Shown one piece after another: positions 20,640 through 30,377 of a stretch of 64,000 nucleotides of DNA. A program made the position numbers and the translations under genes. Source of the DNA: an uncultured Acidobacteriota bacterium (GTDB lineage: Bacteria > Acidobacteriota > Vicinamibacteria > Vicinamibacterales > SCN-69-37). Within the stretch, counting starts at the first letter, position 1. Every line of letters begins with the position of its first letter. The stretch is from contig CAWCUZ010000001.1 in assembly GCA_963798795.1 (NCBI GenBank), positions 1,076,729 to 1,140,728 of the forward strand. Reading direction: 5' to 3'. The notes under the pieces were generated by a model, which worked only from the letters and a program-made list of their open reading frames with translations, ran no database searches and was not told the origin of the DNA.

Positions 20640-21760
20640 ATGCGCGTATTGCTCGCAAGCGCCATGTTGCTGGCTGCGGCGACGGCCGGCACGGCCTTCC
20701 AGGCCCCGGCTGCGCAAGTGCCGTCGCAGATCCAGGTCCAGAACGGCCGGATCGAGCCGCGGCCGGGCACCGACATCGCCGCGGAGGCCGCGCGCCTCGC
20801 GCCGCCGGCCGGCGCCGATCCGGTCTGGCTCGGCTGGCGCGTGCCCATCGTCGCGGGCGGCCGCGGCGGCTGCAGCTGGTACGTCGACGACGGCACGGGA
20901 CCGATGGGAATCCGCGCGTCGGTCCTCGAATCCTCCGGCGCGCGGCTGCCGCAGATTGCGCCGCCGACCGGCCCCGTGCCGATCGAGGCCGGCACCGGCC
21001 TGATGGTGCTCCTCCGCCTGCTGGACGGCCAGGTCGAGCGGATTCGCACGCTCGGAGACGACTGCCCCATCGATGCCGGCGGCCGCACCCTGTACCTGGC
21101 TCGCCGGCGTCACCCCCGCCGCGAGCCTCGCCTACCTGGACACCCTGACCCACGGCGCCGCGCCGGCCGACATGACGCCGAACGCGTGGCGCCGCCGGGC
21201 CGAAGCGGCCGTCTCGGCGATTGGCCAGCACGGGGACGCGGCTGCGGACGCACTGCTCGACCGGCTCCTGTCGACTGCGAATGATGCGGCGCTCCGGCAG
21301 CAGGCCGCCTCCGTGCTCGCCTCCACCCGAGGCGCGCACGGGTTCGACGCCGTGCGTCGGGCGATAGCCGCCGAGCGCGACCCCGCCGTCCGGCGCAGCC
21401 TCGTCGTCGCACTGGGCCAGACCCGCCAGCCCCAGACCCCTGAGGCGCTGCTCACCCTGGCGCGCCGCGATGCCGACGCCAGGGTGCGCAGCGAGGCGGC
21501 CTACTACTACGCCGTGCGGGCGGGCCCGGCCGGTGTGGCCAACGTGAAGGCATTGATCGCGAGCGACATGGACAGCAGCGTCCGCCGGCGTGCAGTGTCC
21601 GGCCTGGCGGCCCTGCCCGGCGACGTGGCGGTTCCGGATTCTGATCGAGCTGGCGCGAACGAGCCAGGACCTGGAGGTCCGGAAACAGGCCGTCTCGCAG
21701 CTCGGCCGCAGCAAGGACGCGCGCGCCGTCGCCTTCCTCGAGGAACTCATCAAGGGCTGA
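20640..21760 (+). pseudogene. Secreted HEAT-repeat protein with two frameshifts.
   Basis: MRVLLASAMLLAAATAGTAFQ...DCPIDAGGRTLY is inside ORF 19401..21284. It continues as WLAGVTPAASLAYL...ERDPAVRRSLVVALGQT...DADARVRSEAAYYYA...DSSVRRRAVSGLAALPGDVAVP in ORF 21073..22005. It then ends as ILIELARTSQDLEVRKQAVSQLGRSKDARAVAFLEELIKG in the third frame, with stop 21758-21760. Shifts fall near 21095 and 21637. Confidence 0.65.
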
Positions 21761-21800
21761 CGTGCGATACACTCCTCAGGTTTACGGAGGAGGTTCCACG

Positions 21801-24800
21801 ATGTCACGCCCAAGACGCCTCAGCGTTCCGATGGCCGTCGGCTGCGCCGTGCTCTGCACGGCCTGGGGAATCCAGGCCGGGGCGGCTCGCGCTGACCGGC
21901 AGACGGCCGCGCCCCCCGGCCTGGATCCTGCGCTGCTCGCCACGTTTCAGTGGCGGAGCCTCGGCCCGGATCGCGGCGGCCGCTCGCTCGCCGTCTCGGG
22001 CGTGAAGGGTCAGCCGGACGTCGGCTACTTCGGCGCCACGGGCGGCGGGCTCTGGAAGACGACGGACCGCGGCGATACCTGGGCGCCGGTCACGGACGGT
22101 CAGGTGCACAGCGGCTCGGTGGGCGCCGTCGCCGTCTCCGAGAGCAACCCCGACGTCGTCTACATCGGCATGGGCGAGTCGTGTATCCGCGGCAACATCC
22201 AGCCCGGGGACGGCGTCTACAGGTCCACCGACGCGGGCAAGACCTGGACGCACGTGGGGTTTTCGGACTCCGACGCCATCGCCAAGGTCCGGATCCATCC
22301 GACCAATCCCGACATCGTGTTCGTCGCCTCGTTCGGCAAGTACGGCGGGCCGAGCCCTGAGCGCGGCGTGTTCAAGACGACCGACGGCGGCCGGACGTGG
22401 AACAAGGTCCTGTTCCGCGATGACAAGACCGGCGGCGTCGACATCGCCATCGACCACAACAACCCGGCCGTGATGTACGCGGCGCTCTGGGAGGCGTTCC
22501 GCAAGGAATACACGATGTCGAGCGGCGGGCCTGGCAGCGGCCTGTTCAAGTCGACGGACGGCGGCGACACCTGGAGGGAAATCACCCGGAACCAGGGCCT
22601 GCCCTCGGGCATCGACGGCAAGATCGGCGTGGCCGTGTCGGGCGCGGATTCCAGCCGCGTCTACGCCATCGTCGAGAACGCGAACGGCGGGCTGTTCCGA
22701 TCGGACGACGCCGGCGCCACCTGGACGCTCGCCAACAACGAGCGCAGCATCCGCCAGCGCGCGTTCTACTACACGCATATCACCGCCGACCCGCACAACA
22801 AGGATCTGCTGTACGTGCTGAACGTCGGCACCTTCCGCTCGACGGATGCGGGCAAGACAATGGTCCGATTCGCCGGCGGCGATTCGCATGACCTGTGGAT
22901 CGATCCGGACGACTCCGAGCACGTGATGCACGCGAGCGACGGCGGCGGCGCGATCACCTATGACGCCAGCGCGCCGAACCGCAATTGGACCTCGCGGGAC
23001 TATCCGACCGGGCAGTTCTACCACGTGATTCCGACGGCCCACGTGCCCTACCAGATCTGCGGCGCACAGCAGGACAGCAGCACTGTCTGCATCCCGAGCA
23101 CTCCGTCGGGCGGCGGTGGCCGGGGCGGCCGCGGCGGACGCGGCGGGAGCGCGCCCACCAGCTACAGCCCCGGCGGCGCCGAGCCCGGCTACATCGCGCC
23201 CGATCCGAAGGACCCCGACGTGTTCTTCTCGGGCAGCAACAACGGCGGCTTTATGGACTACGTCAACCGGCGCACCGGCGAGCGGCGCGAGGTCCATCCG
23301 TACCCGCGCATGTTCTCCGGCGAACCGTCGAGCGCGCTCGTCGAACGGGTCCAGTGGACGTACCCGATCGTCTTCTCGCCCGTCGATCCGAACGTGCTCT
23401 TCACCGCCACCCAGCACGTGTGGCGGACGACCAGCGGCGGACAGACGTGGGACCGCATCAGCGACGACCTGACGCGGCACGACCCGTCGACGATGGGCGA
23501 TTCGGGCGGACCGATCACACACGACATGAACGGTCCGGAGGTGTACGCGACGGTCTTCGCGCTCGGCCCATCCAAGGTCGACGTGAACGTGCTCTGGGCG
23601 GGCTCTGACGACGGGCTCGTCAACGTGACGCGCGACGGCGGCAGGACGTGGACGAACGTGACGCCGCCGGGCATGCCGGACTTCGGCCGCGTGAGCATCA
23701 TCGACGCGTCGACGTTCGACGCCGGCACGGCCTACGTGGCCGTCAAGCGGCCGCTGCTGAACGACAAGGCGCCCTACCTCTTCCGCACCCACGACTTCGG
23801 CCGGACCTGGACGAAGATCGTCAACGGCCTCGGCCCGCTCGACTACGTGCACACGGTGCGCGAGGACCCCACGCGCCAGGGGCTGCTCTACGCCGGCACG
23901 CAGCATGGCGTGTACTACTCGTACGACGACGGTGGTACCTGGCGGTCGCTGTCGCTGAACCTGCCCGACACGCAGGTGTCGGACCTGTGGGTCGTCGACA
24001 GCGACATCGCGATCGCGACGCACGGACGCGGGTTCTACATCCTCGACCACATCGCGCCGCTGCGGCAGTACGGCGCGCAGCCCGCCGCGGCGAGCGATGC
24101 CGTCCTGTTCAAGCCAGACGCGGCGATTCGCTCCGCGGGCAACGCGACCATCGAGTACTGGCTGAAGCAGCCGGTCGGCACTCTCACCCTCGACGTCGTC
24201 GACCCGAAGGGAACGGTCGTCCATTCGTTCTCGAGCAACGCCGCGGCCGGTGGTGGAGGCGGACGCGGCGGGCGCGGCGGCGGCGGGGCTGGCGCGGGAC
24301 GCGGCGGCGGCCGCGGGCAGGCACCAGCACCGGCGGCGCCGTCGGCGAGCGTCGGATCGCCAGGCGCCGGATGCGGCCCAGGCGGAGGCGGCTTCGGGGG
24401 ATTCGGCGGCCGCGGCGGCCGTGGCGGCGGAGCCGCGGGCCCCACGCCCGCGCCGGCCACTGTCGGGTTGAACTGCGTGACGTGGAACCTGCGTTATCCC
24501 GATGCGGTCGGCTTCCCGGGGATGATCCTGTGGGGCGGCGGCCTGAGCGGGCCGGCCGCGGCTCCCGGAACCTACCAGGTGCGGCTCACCGCGAACGGCA
24601 GGACGCAGACCCAGCCGCTCGTCATCAAGCGACACCCGTGGCACGCCGCGACCGACGCCGACCTGCAGGAGCAGTTCGACCTGGCGATCCAGGTCCGCGA
24701 CAAGGTCACCGAGGCGAATCAGGCGGTGATCCAGATTCGCCGAATCCAGGACGCGGTCGGTGACCGCCTCGGCAAGTCATCCGATGCGCGGCTCAAGTCG

Positions 24801-25103
24801 GCGGGCGACCGGCTGAAGACGAACCTCAGCGCGGTCGAGGAGACCATCTACCAGGTCCGCAACGAGAGCGGTCAGGACCCGCTGAACTTCCCGATCAAGC
24901 TGAACAACCGGCTGGCCACTCTGCTGTCGGTCGTCAGCGACGGCGACGGCAAACCCATCGGAAACGCGCGGCCGATCTTCAACGACCTGACCGCGGAGCT
25001 GAAGGTGCAGACCGACAAACTGCAGCAGGTACTGACCGCCGACCTGACGGCGTTCAACACCGAAGCGCGGAGGCTGGGGCTGGAGCCGATCAGCGACAAG
25101 TGA
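21801..25103 (+). CDS. Secreted BNR/Asp-box, sortilin (VPS10)-like beta-propeller protein with Gly/Arg-rich inserts.
   Basis: ORF 21762..25103, using ATG 21801 (MSRPRRLSVPMAVGCAVLCTAWG). Repeated Asp-box motifs are present: KTTDRGDTW, RSTDAGKTW, KTTDGGRTW, KSTDGGDTW, RSDDAGATW, RSTDAGKTM, RTTSGGQTW, VTRDGGRTW, RTHDFGRTW and YSYDDGGTW. The frame is intact over 3.3 kb. Confidence 0.85.
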   Translation: MSRPRRLSVPMAVGCAVLCTAWGIQAGAARADRQTAAPPGLDPALLATFQWRSLGPDRGGRSLAVSGVKGQPDVGYFGATGGGLWKTTDRGDTWAPVTDGQVHSGSVGAVAVSESNPDVVYIGMGESCIRGNIQPGDGVYRSTDAGKTWTHVGFSDSDAIAKVRIHPTNPDIVFVASFGKYGGPSPERGVFKTTDGGRTWNKVLFRDDKTGGVDIAIDHNNPAVMYAALWEAFRKEYTMSSGGPGSGLFKSTDGGDTWREITRNQGLPSGIDGKIGVAVSGADSSRVYAIVENANGGLFRSDDAGATWTLANNERSIRQRAFYYTHITADPHNKDLLYVLNVGTFRSTDAGKTMVRFAGGDSHDLWIDPDDSEHVMHASDGGGAITYDASAPNRNWTSRDYPTGQFYHVIPTAHVPYQICGAQQDSSTVCIPSTPSGGGGRGGRGGRGGSAPTSYSPGGAEPGYIAPDPKDPDVFFSGSNNGGFMDYVNRRTGERREVHPYPRMFSGEPSSALVERVQWTYPIVFSPVDPNVLFTATQHVWRTTSGGQTWDRISDDLTRHDPSTMGDSGGPITHDMNGPEVYATVFALGPSKVDVNVLWAGSDDGLVNVTRDGGRTWTNVTPPGMPDFGRVSIIDASTFDAGTAYVAVKRPLLNDKAPYLFRTHDFGRTWTKIVNGLGPLDYVHTVREDPTRQGLLYAGTQHGVYYSYDDGGTWRSLSLNLPDTQVSDLWVVDSDIAIATHGRGFYILDHIAPLRQYGAQPAAASDAVLFKPDAAIRSAGNATIEYWLKQPVGTLTLDVVDPKGTVVHSFSSNAAAGGGGGRGGRGGGGAGAGRGGGRGQAPAPAAPSASVGSPGAGCGPGGGGFGGFGGRGGRGGGAAGPTPAPATVGLNCVTWNLRYPDAVGFPGMILWGGGLSGPAAAPGTYQVRLTANGRTQTQPLVIKRHPWHAATDADLQEQFDLAIQVRDKVTEANQAVIQIRRIQDAVGDRLGKSSDARLKSAGDRLKTNLSAVEETIYQVRNESGQDPLNFPIKLNNRLATLLSVVSDGDGKPIGNARPIFNDLTAELKVQTDKLQQVLTADLTAFNTEARRLGLEPISDK

Positions 25104-25224
25104 TTGGGAGATTTGGCGATTTGGCGATTTGGAGATCTGGTTGCAGCGTTCCAAACCGGCAATCTCCAAACCTCCAAACCTCCAAACCTCCAAATCTCCA
25201 AATCTCCAAATCTCAATCCCAATC
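25102..25224. repeat. Opposed arrays of an 8-nt unit (GATTTGGN vs NCCAAATC) forming a long imperfect hairpin.
   Basis: The left arm is gattggga gatttggc gatttggc gatttgga gatctggt (25102-25141), followed by the spacer tgcagcgt. The right arm is tccaaacc ggcaatc tccaaacc x3 tccaaatc x3 tcaatccc aatc (25150-25224). The outermost gattggga pairs with tcccaatc at 25217-25224. The array lies between convergent genes. Confidence 0.9.
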
Positions 25225-25242
25225 GTCGAATCCCGCCTCGCA

Positions 25243-25788
25243 TCAGTGGACGCCGTGTCCCATCTGCAGCAGGTGGGGATCGGCGCCGAGACGGCGAATC
25301 GCCATCTCCCACGACGCCTGGGGCGGAATCTCGAAGATGAGGTCCAGCTCCACGGGCATGATCAGCCAGGCCGACTCGGCCAGTTCCGTATCGAGCTGGC
25401 CGGGACCCCAACCGGCGTAGCCGGCGAGCACGTGGGTGCGGCGCGGCAGCGGCTGCGCCGTGAGCACGCGGCGCAGCAGGACGGGCGACGCCGACAGATA
25501 CAACCCGGCACCGAGTTCGCGCGACTCGACGCCGTCCGGTTGCTGTGACGTCAGGATCCATCCGCGCTGCGGTTCGACCGGGCCGCCGATGAGCAGCGGC
25601 AGGTCGTTCGGTTGACTCAGCGGCGGATCCAGGCTCACCGCCCGCGCGGCCTCGACTTCCGAGGGCCGATTGACGATCAGGCCCAGCGCGCCCTCGGGCG
25701 CGTGCTCGCACAGAAGCACGACGGACCGCGCGAAATTCGGATCGATCAGCTGCGGCATCGAGAGAAGGAGGGCGGGTGCGAGCGACAT
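25243..25788 (-). CDS. YqgE/AlgH family protein (UPF0301).
   Basis: ORF 25243..25914 from internal MSLAPALLLSMPQLIDPNFARSVVLLCEH...GLIVNRP...GGPV...AGYAGWGPGQLDTELAESAWL. The upstream part of the ORF merely translates the repeat array. Confidence 0.85.
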   Translation of the reverse strand: MSLAPALLLSMPQLIDPNFARSVVLLCEHAPEGALGLIVNRPSEVEAARAVSLDPPLSQPNDLPLLIGGPVEPQRGWILTSQQPDGVESRELGAGLYLSASPVLLRRVLTAQPLPRRTHVLAGYAGWGPGQLDTELAESAWLIMPVELDLIFEIPPQASWEMAIRRLGADPHLLQMGHGVH

Positions 25789-25808
25789 GAGATCGATAGT
25801 AGCAGGTG

Positions 25809-25965
25809 GCTCGGGTCGCTCAGGTCTGTCGGGGCCCTGGGGTCCTTCAGGTCCGAGGCGCGGCGGTCCCGGTCGGCGATTGACGATGGCCCAATCGCGA
25901 TTGGAGATTGCCAAGCGACGATTGCCGGTGCGTGGGTCTCGGGTCCCTCAGGTCCCTCGGGTCCG
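25809..25965. repeat. Nonamer-phased arrays (GCTCGGGTC-type and TCGGGTCCC-type) flanking a GATTG-rich segment.
   Basis: The first block is gctcgggtc gctcaggtc tgtcggggc cctggggtc cttcaggtc (25809-25853). The middle segment is ggcgattgacgatggcccaatcgcgattggagattgccaagcgacgattgcc. The second block is tcgggtccc tcaggtccc tcgggtccg (25939-25965), which overlaps the last codons and stop of queG. Confidence 0.8.
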
Positions 25966-26877
25966 GGCGGCGGTGGCGTAGCGAAGCGAGCGCCGGATGC
26001 GGCGGAGGCCGGCGCGGCGCATCGCGCTGCCCTTCAGGAGCGTCCGCCACGCGTCGTCGGACAGCCGGCACAGGTCGACGAGCCGCGGGAACGCCAGACC
26101 GTCGCGCGGCTGCCAGGCCGGATCGTCGCTGACGGCCGCGCGCCGGTTCCACGGACACACGTCCTGACAGATGTCGCACCCCAGAATCTCTTTGCGCACC
26201 GCCGGCTGCCGCGAGGTGTCCACCTCGCCGCGCGCTTCGATGGTCAGATACGACAGGCAGCGGGTGGCATCCAGTTCGTACGGCTGCACGATGGCGCCCG
26301 TCGGACACGCATCGAGGCACCGGGTGCAGGTGCCGCAGTGATCGACCGCCGGCGCATCGGGCTCGAGTTCCGCGTTGGTGAGCACCTCGCCGAGGAACAG
26401 CCACGATCCGATCTGCCGGTTGATGACGCAGGTGTTCTTGCCGATCCAGCCGAGGCCCGCCTGCTCGGCGAACACGCGCTCCTGCACGGGCCCCGCGTCC
26501 ACACACGAGAACGCTTCGAAGCCTTCCCCGGCCGCCTCGCGTAGACGCCGCAGCAGGTCGCGCAGCCGGTTGCGCAGGACCTCGTGGTAGTCGTCGCCCC
26601 ACGCGTAGCGGGAAATCGCCACGCGGTCCGCATCGGTGATCTCGGTCGAATAGGGCCGGTCGGTGTTGTAGACGCACGCGACGGACACGACCGACCGTGC
26701 GGTCGGCAGCACGCGCGCGGGATCCAGCCGTTCGTCGAGAGACTCGGCCAGATACCGCATGTCGCCAGCGCGTCCAGCGGCAATCCAGTCGGCGAGCCGC
26801 GCGAGACGCGGATGCCGCTCGGCGCGCGCGACACCGCACAGGTCGAAGCCGGCCTCGCGCGCCGCCGCCTTCACCAT
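25948..26877 (-). CDS. queG: Epoxyqueuosine reductase QueG.
   Basis: This is the last 309 aa of track ORF 25948..27807, from MVKAAAREAGFDLCGVA. It has ISRYAWGDDYH, GLGWIGKNTCVI, two 4Fe-4S Cys clusters (CGTCTRCLDACPTGA, CDICQDVCPWN) and a HEAT-like tail. Confidence 0.9.
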   Translation of the reverse strand: MVKAAAREAGFDLCGVARAERHPRLARLADWIAAGRAGDMRYLAESLDERLDPARVLPTARSVVSVACVYNTDRPYSTEITDADRVAISRYAWGDDYHEVLRNRLRDLLRRLREAAGEGFEAFSCVDAGPVQERVFAEQAGLGWIGKNTCVINRQIGSWLFLGEVLTNAELEPDAPAVDHCGTCTRCLDACPTGAIVQPYELDATRCLSYLTIEARGEVDTSRQPAVRKEILGCDICQDVCPWNRRAAVSDDPAWQPRDGLAFPRLVDLCRLSDDAWRTLLKGSAMRRAGLRRIRRSLRYATAARTRGT

Positions 26878-26981
26878 CAAGGAGTCGAGCACACGTCGAG
26901 TGGTACTGGGCCCTGGGCTGTCGGTCGTGGGCAGGCGCCCCGAGGCTTCCGCCCCGGCCGAGCAGCGGGAGCCGGCGTGCG

Positions 26982-29678
26982 TCAGCCGCGCGCCAGCCGC
27001 CGGAGCACGTACGGCAGGATTCCGCCGTGCCGGAACGCGGCGAATTCCTCGGGCGTGTCGATGCGAACGACGACCTGGACGTCCGCGGACGTGCCGTCGG
27101 GGCGCCGCGCGGTGACGGTCAGCCTGACGGGCGGCCGCTCGCCGGCGTCGAACGCCTCGACGTCGAACAGCTCGCGGCCGGTGAGGCCGAGCGAGGCCGC
27201 CGATTCGCCGGCCGGAAACTGCAGCGGCAGGACGCCCATGTTGACGAGATTGCTGCGGTGGATCCGCTCGAAGCTCTCGGCGAGCACGGCCTTCACGCCG
27301 AGCAGCAGGGTCCCTTTGGCGGCCCAGTCGCGCGACGATCCGGACCCGTACTCCTTGCCGGCAACGACGATCAGCGGCACGCCGGCATCGCGGTATTTCA
27401 TGGCCGCGTCGTAGATCGACATCACGCCGTCGTCGGGCAGATAGGTCGTCCAGCCGCCCTCGGTGCCGGGCGCCAACTGGTTCTTGAGGCGCACGTTCGC
27501 GAACGTGCCGCGCATCATCACCTCGTGGTTGCCGCGCCGGGCGCCGTACGAGTTGAAGTCCTTCGGCGTCACGCCCTGGGCGATCAGGTACCTGCCCGCC
27601 GGGCTGTCCGCCTTGATCGATCCGGCCGGGGAAATGTGGTCGGTCGTGATGCTGTCGCCGAGCAGCGCGAGCACGCGCGCGTTGCGGAGCGGCGTGAACG
27701 CCGGCGGCTCGGGCGTCAGGTCCTCGAGGAATGGCGGGCGCCGGATGTAGGTGGACGCCGGATCCCAGACGAAACGATCGCCGGTCGGCACGGGCAGCCC
27801 GCGCCACAACTCGTCACCATCGAAGACGTGCGCATATCGCTGCCGGAACATGTCGGCCGACACCGACGCCAGCATCGTCTCGTGGATCTCGCGCTGCGTC
27901 GGCCAGATGTCGGCCAGGAACACCGGCCGACCGTCGGCGCCCGTGCCGAGCGGATCCTTTGACACGTCCACGTTCATCGATCCGGCCAGTGCATACGCGA
28001 CGACGAGCGGCGGCGAGGCCAGGTAGTTGGCGCGCACGTCCTGCTGGATGCGCCCCTCGAAGTTCCGGTTCCCCGACAGCACCGCGCAGACGACGAGTTG
28101 CCGTTCGCGCACTTCGGCGGCAATCGCCTCCGGCAGCGGTCCGCTGTTGCCGATGCAGGTCGTGCAGCCGTACCCGACGAGATTGAAGCCGAGTGCGTCC
28201 AGATAGGTCTGCAGACCCGACTTCGTCAGGTAATCGGTCACGACCTTCGAGCCTGGCGCGAGGCTGGTCTTGACCCAGGGCTTCGTCTTCAACCCGCGCT
28301 CGACGGCCTTCCGTGCCACGAGACCGGCGCCGATCATGACGCTCGGATTGGACGTGTTCGTGCAGCTCGTGATGGCCGCGATGACGACCGACCCGTGCTC
28401 GAGCGCGGTCGCCGTCGCCACGGCTTCCGCCGCCGCGACGCCGCCGCCCGACGACGCCGGCGGCTGGCTGAGCCCCTTCTGCAGATCGGGCAGCGCGGCG
28501 GCAAAGGAGCGTTTGGCCTGCGCGAGCGGAACACGATCCTGAGGCCGCCGCGGGCCGGCCAGGCTCGGCTCCACGGCGCCGAGGTCCAGCGCCAGCCCGC
28601 CGGCATACTCGGCCTCGGGGCTGGCGTCGGTGCGGAACAGCCCCTGGGCCTTGGCGTACGCCTCGACGAACGCCACGTGCTCGGCATCGCGTCCGGTGAG
28701 GCGCAGGTAGTCGAGCGTCATATCGTCGATCGGAAAGACCGCGACCGTCGCGCCGTACTCCGGGCACATGTTGCCGAGCGTGACCCGGTCGGCAATCGTC
28801 AGGTGTTTCAATCCCGCGCCGAAGAACTCGACGAACGACCCCACGACGCCCTTCCGGCGCAGCGACTCGGTGACGGTCAGGACCAGGTCGGTGGCCGTCG
28901 TGCCCTCGCGCAGCCGGCCCGTGAGCCGGTAGCCGATCACCGGCGGAATCAGCATCGAGCTGGGCTGGCCGAGCATCGCCGCTTCCGCCTCGATGCCGCC
29001 GACGCCCCACCCCACCACGCCGAGGCCGTTCACCATCGTCGTGTGCGAGTCGGTGCCGAACACGGTATCGGGGTATGCGAGCGTCCGGCCGCCAGCCGCG
29101 GTCCGGCACACGACCCGGGCGAGATACTCGATGTTCACCTGGTGCACGATGCCGGTCTCGGGCGGCACGACCCGGAAATTGCGGAACGCCGTCTGGCCCC
29201 AGCGCAGGAAGGTGTAGCGCTCGCGATTGCGGTGGTACTCCATCTCGGCATTGAGGCCGAGCGCCTTCGGGGAGCCGAAGTAGTCGACCTGGACGGAGTG
29301 ATCGATGACCAGCTCGACCGGCTGGAGCGGGTTCACACGCTCGGGGTCGCCGCCGAGCTGGGCGATGCCGTCGCGCATCGCGGCCAGGTCCACGACGCAG
29401 GGCACGCCGGTGAAGTCCTGCAGCAGGACCCGCGCCGGCATGAACGAGATCTCCGTCTGCTCGCGCGCGCCGCGCGCCAGCGCCTCGATGTCGGCCGGCG
29501 AGACGAACGCCCCGTCCTCGCGACGCAGCAGGTTCTCGAGGAGGATCTTGAGCGAATACGGCAGCCGCTCGACGCGGCCGAATCCGCCCTGCGCGGCCAG
29601 CGCCGGCAGGCTGTAGAACTCGGACGGGACGCCGCCCAGCGTCGCCGTCGTGCGGGTGCGGAAGGAATCGTGAGACAT
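26982..29678 (-). CDS. acnA: Aconitate hydratase A.
   Basis: ORF of 898 aa, intact and AcnA-like end to end: [77 protein letters not shown], and [16 protein letters not shown]. Confidence 0.95.
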   Translation of the reverse strand: MSHDSFRTRTTATLGGVPSEFYSLPALAAQGGFGRVERLPYSLKILLENLLRREDGAFVSPADIEALARGAREQTEISFMPARVLLQDFTGVPCVVDLAAMRDGIAQLGGDPERVNPLQPVELVIDHSVQVDYFGSPKALGLNAEMEYHRNRERYTFLRWGQTAFRNFRVVPPETGIVHQVNIEYLARVVCRTAAGGRTLAYPDTVFGTDSHTTMVNGLGVVGWGVGGIEAEAAMLGQPSSMLIPPVIGYRLTGRLREGTTATDLVLTVTESLRRKGVVGSFVEFFGAGLKHLTIADRVTLGNMCPEYGATVAVFPIDDMTLDYLRLTGRDAEHVAFVEAYAKAQGLFRTDASPEAEYAGGLALDLGAVEPSLAGPRRPQDRVPLAQAKRSFAAALPDLQKGLSQPPASSGGGVAAAEAVATATALEHGSVVIAAITSCTNTSNPSVMIGAGLVARKAVERGLKTKPWVKTSLAPGSKVVTDYLTKSGLQTYLDALGFNLVGYGCTTCIGNSGPLPEAIAAEVRERQLVVCAVLSGNRNFEGRIQQDVRANYLASPPLVVAYALAGSMNVDVSKDPLGTGADGRPVFLADIWPTQREIHETMLASVSADMFRQRYAHVFDGDELWRGLPVPTGDRFVWDPASTYIRRPPFLEDLTPEPPAFTPLRNARVLALLGDSITTDHISPAGSIKADSPAGRYLIAQGVTPKDFNSYGARRGNHEVMMRGTFANVRLKNQLAPGTEGGWTTYLPDDGVMSIYDAAMKYRDAGVPLIVVAGKEYGSGSSRDWAAKGTLLLGVKAVLAESFERIHRSNLVNMGVLPLQFPAGESAASLGLTGRELFDVEAFDAGERPPVRLTVTARRPDGTSADVQVVVRIDTPEEFAAFRHGGILPYVLRRLARG

Positions 29679-29681
29679 CGG

Positions 29682-30377
29682 TCAGAACCCGATCAACAGG
29701 CCGGCGAGGAACGTGCCGGCCACGAGATGCCGGCGGTCGCCGAGATGGAAGACATTCGACCGCTCGGTCAGGCGGGCCTCGGCGCGGATCCCCAGCCGGT
29801 GGATGAGGCCGCCGCCACCCTGTCGCCACCAGTATTTCACGCCTCCACCAGCATTGGCGACGTGCCCGTTCCCGGCGATCTGCCGATCCGACGAGAGGCC
29901 GCGCAACCAGCCGGCCGCTCCTCGCGCGAACCACTCGGCGCGCCCGCGCCGCCGGAGGGTCCACAGCGCCGCGCCTTCCAGCGCAAACTGGGAGACCGGC
30001 GTGGTGAGCGTGAGGGCGTCGGCCCCGTCGACGTCCGCTGAAATGCGCGTCTCGATCTGTCCGCGCATCCAGCTGCCGGACAGCTCGGCCGACAGCCGCC
30101 GGCCGACCCGCATCGAGACCGCACCCTCGAGTCCGGCGCCGGCCCCCAGCCGGTTCTCGGTGGCGAACACGGGCAAGGGCGAGCCGTCTCCGGTGAGCAG
30201 GTCGGCGCTCATCGTGCCAAGCGAGGAGGTCGAGGCTCCGGCGAATGCCATCGACAAATCGACCGCATGGCCGGCGGAGGCCGGCGGCCCGACCGCCTGT
30301 GGTGCGGCGTGCACCCGCGCCACGCCCGCCTCCACGACAAGGAGGCCCACCGCAGCGAGCGCCACGAGGGTCCTCAT
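29682..30377 (-). CDS. Predicted outer-membrane beta-barrel protein.
   Basis: ORF of 231 aa with signal peptide MRTLVALAAVGLLVVEAGVARVHA, alternating Gly/aromatic beta-strand-like segments and a C-terminal ...FLAGLLIGF ending in Phe. Its ATG overlaps the stop of the upstream protease gene. Confidence 0.55.
   Translation of the reverse strand: MRTLVALAAVGLLVVEAGVARVHAAPQAVGPPASAGHAVDLSMAFAGASTSSLGTMSADLLTGDGSPLPVFATENRLGAGAGLEGAVSMRVGRRLSAELSGSWMRGQIETRISADVDGADALTLTTPVSQFALEGAALWTLRRRGRAEWFARGAAGWLRGLSSDRQIAGNGHVANAGGGVKYWWRQGGGGLIHRLGIRAEARLTERSNVFHLGDRRHLVAGTFLAGLLIGF

Noticed and set aside
21804-24644. 946-aa ORF antisense to the BNR/sortilin-like gene.
   Set aside because: It has low-complexity Arg/Ala/Gly composition and no domain signatures. 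The sense strand carries ten clean Asp-box repeats.
25100-25548. Several ORFs translating the repeat arrays, such as ...SKPPNLQTSKPPNLQISKSPNL... and the extended N-terminus of the algH ORF.
   Set aside because: The peptide periodicity merely mirrors the 8-nt DNA unit read in shifting frames. There is no start context and the region lies between convergent genes.
27814-30041. ORFs 27814..29964 (-, 716 aa) and 28098..30041 (+, 647 aa) over acnA.
   Set aside because: They are out-of-frame and antisense shadows of a full-length, motif-complete aconitase.
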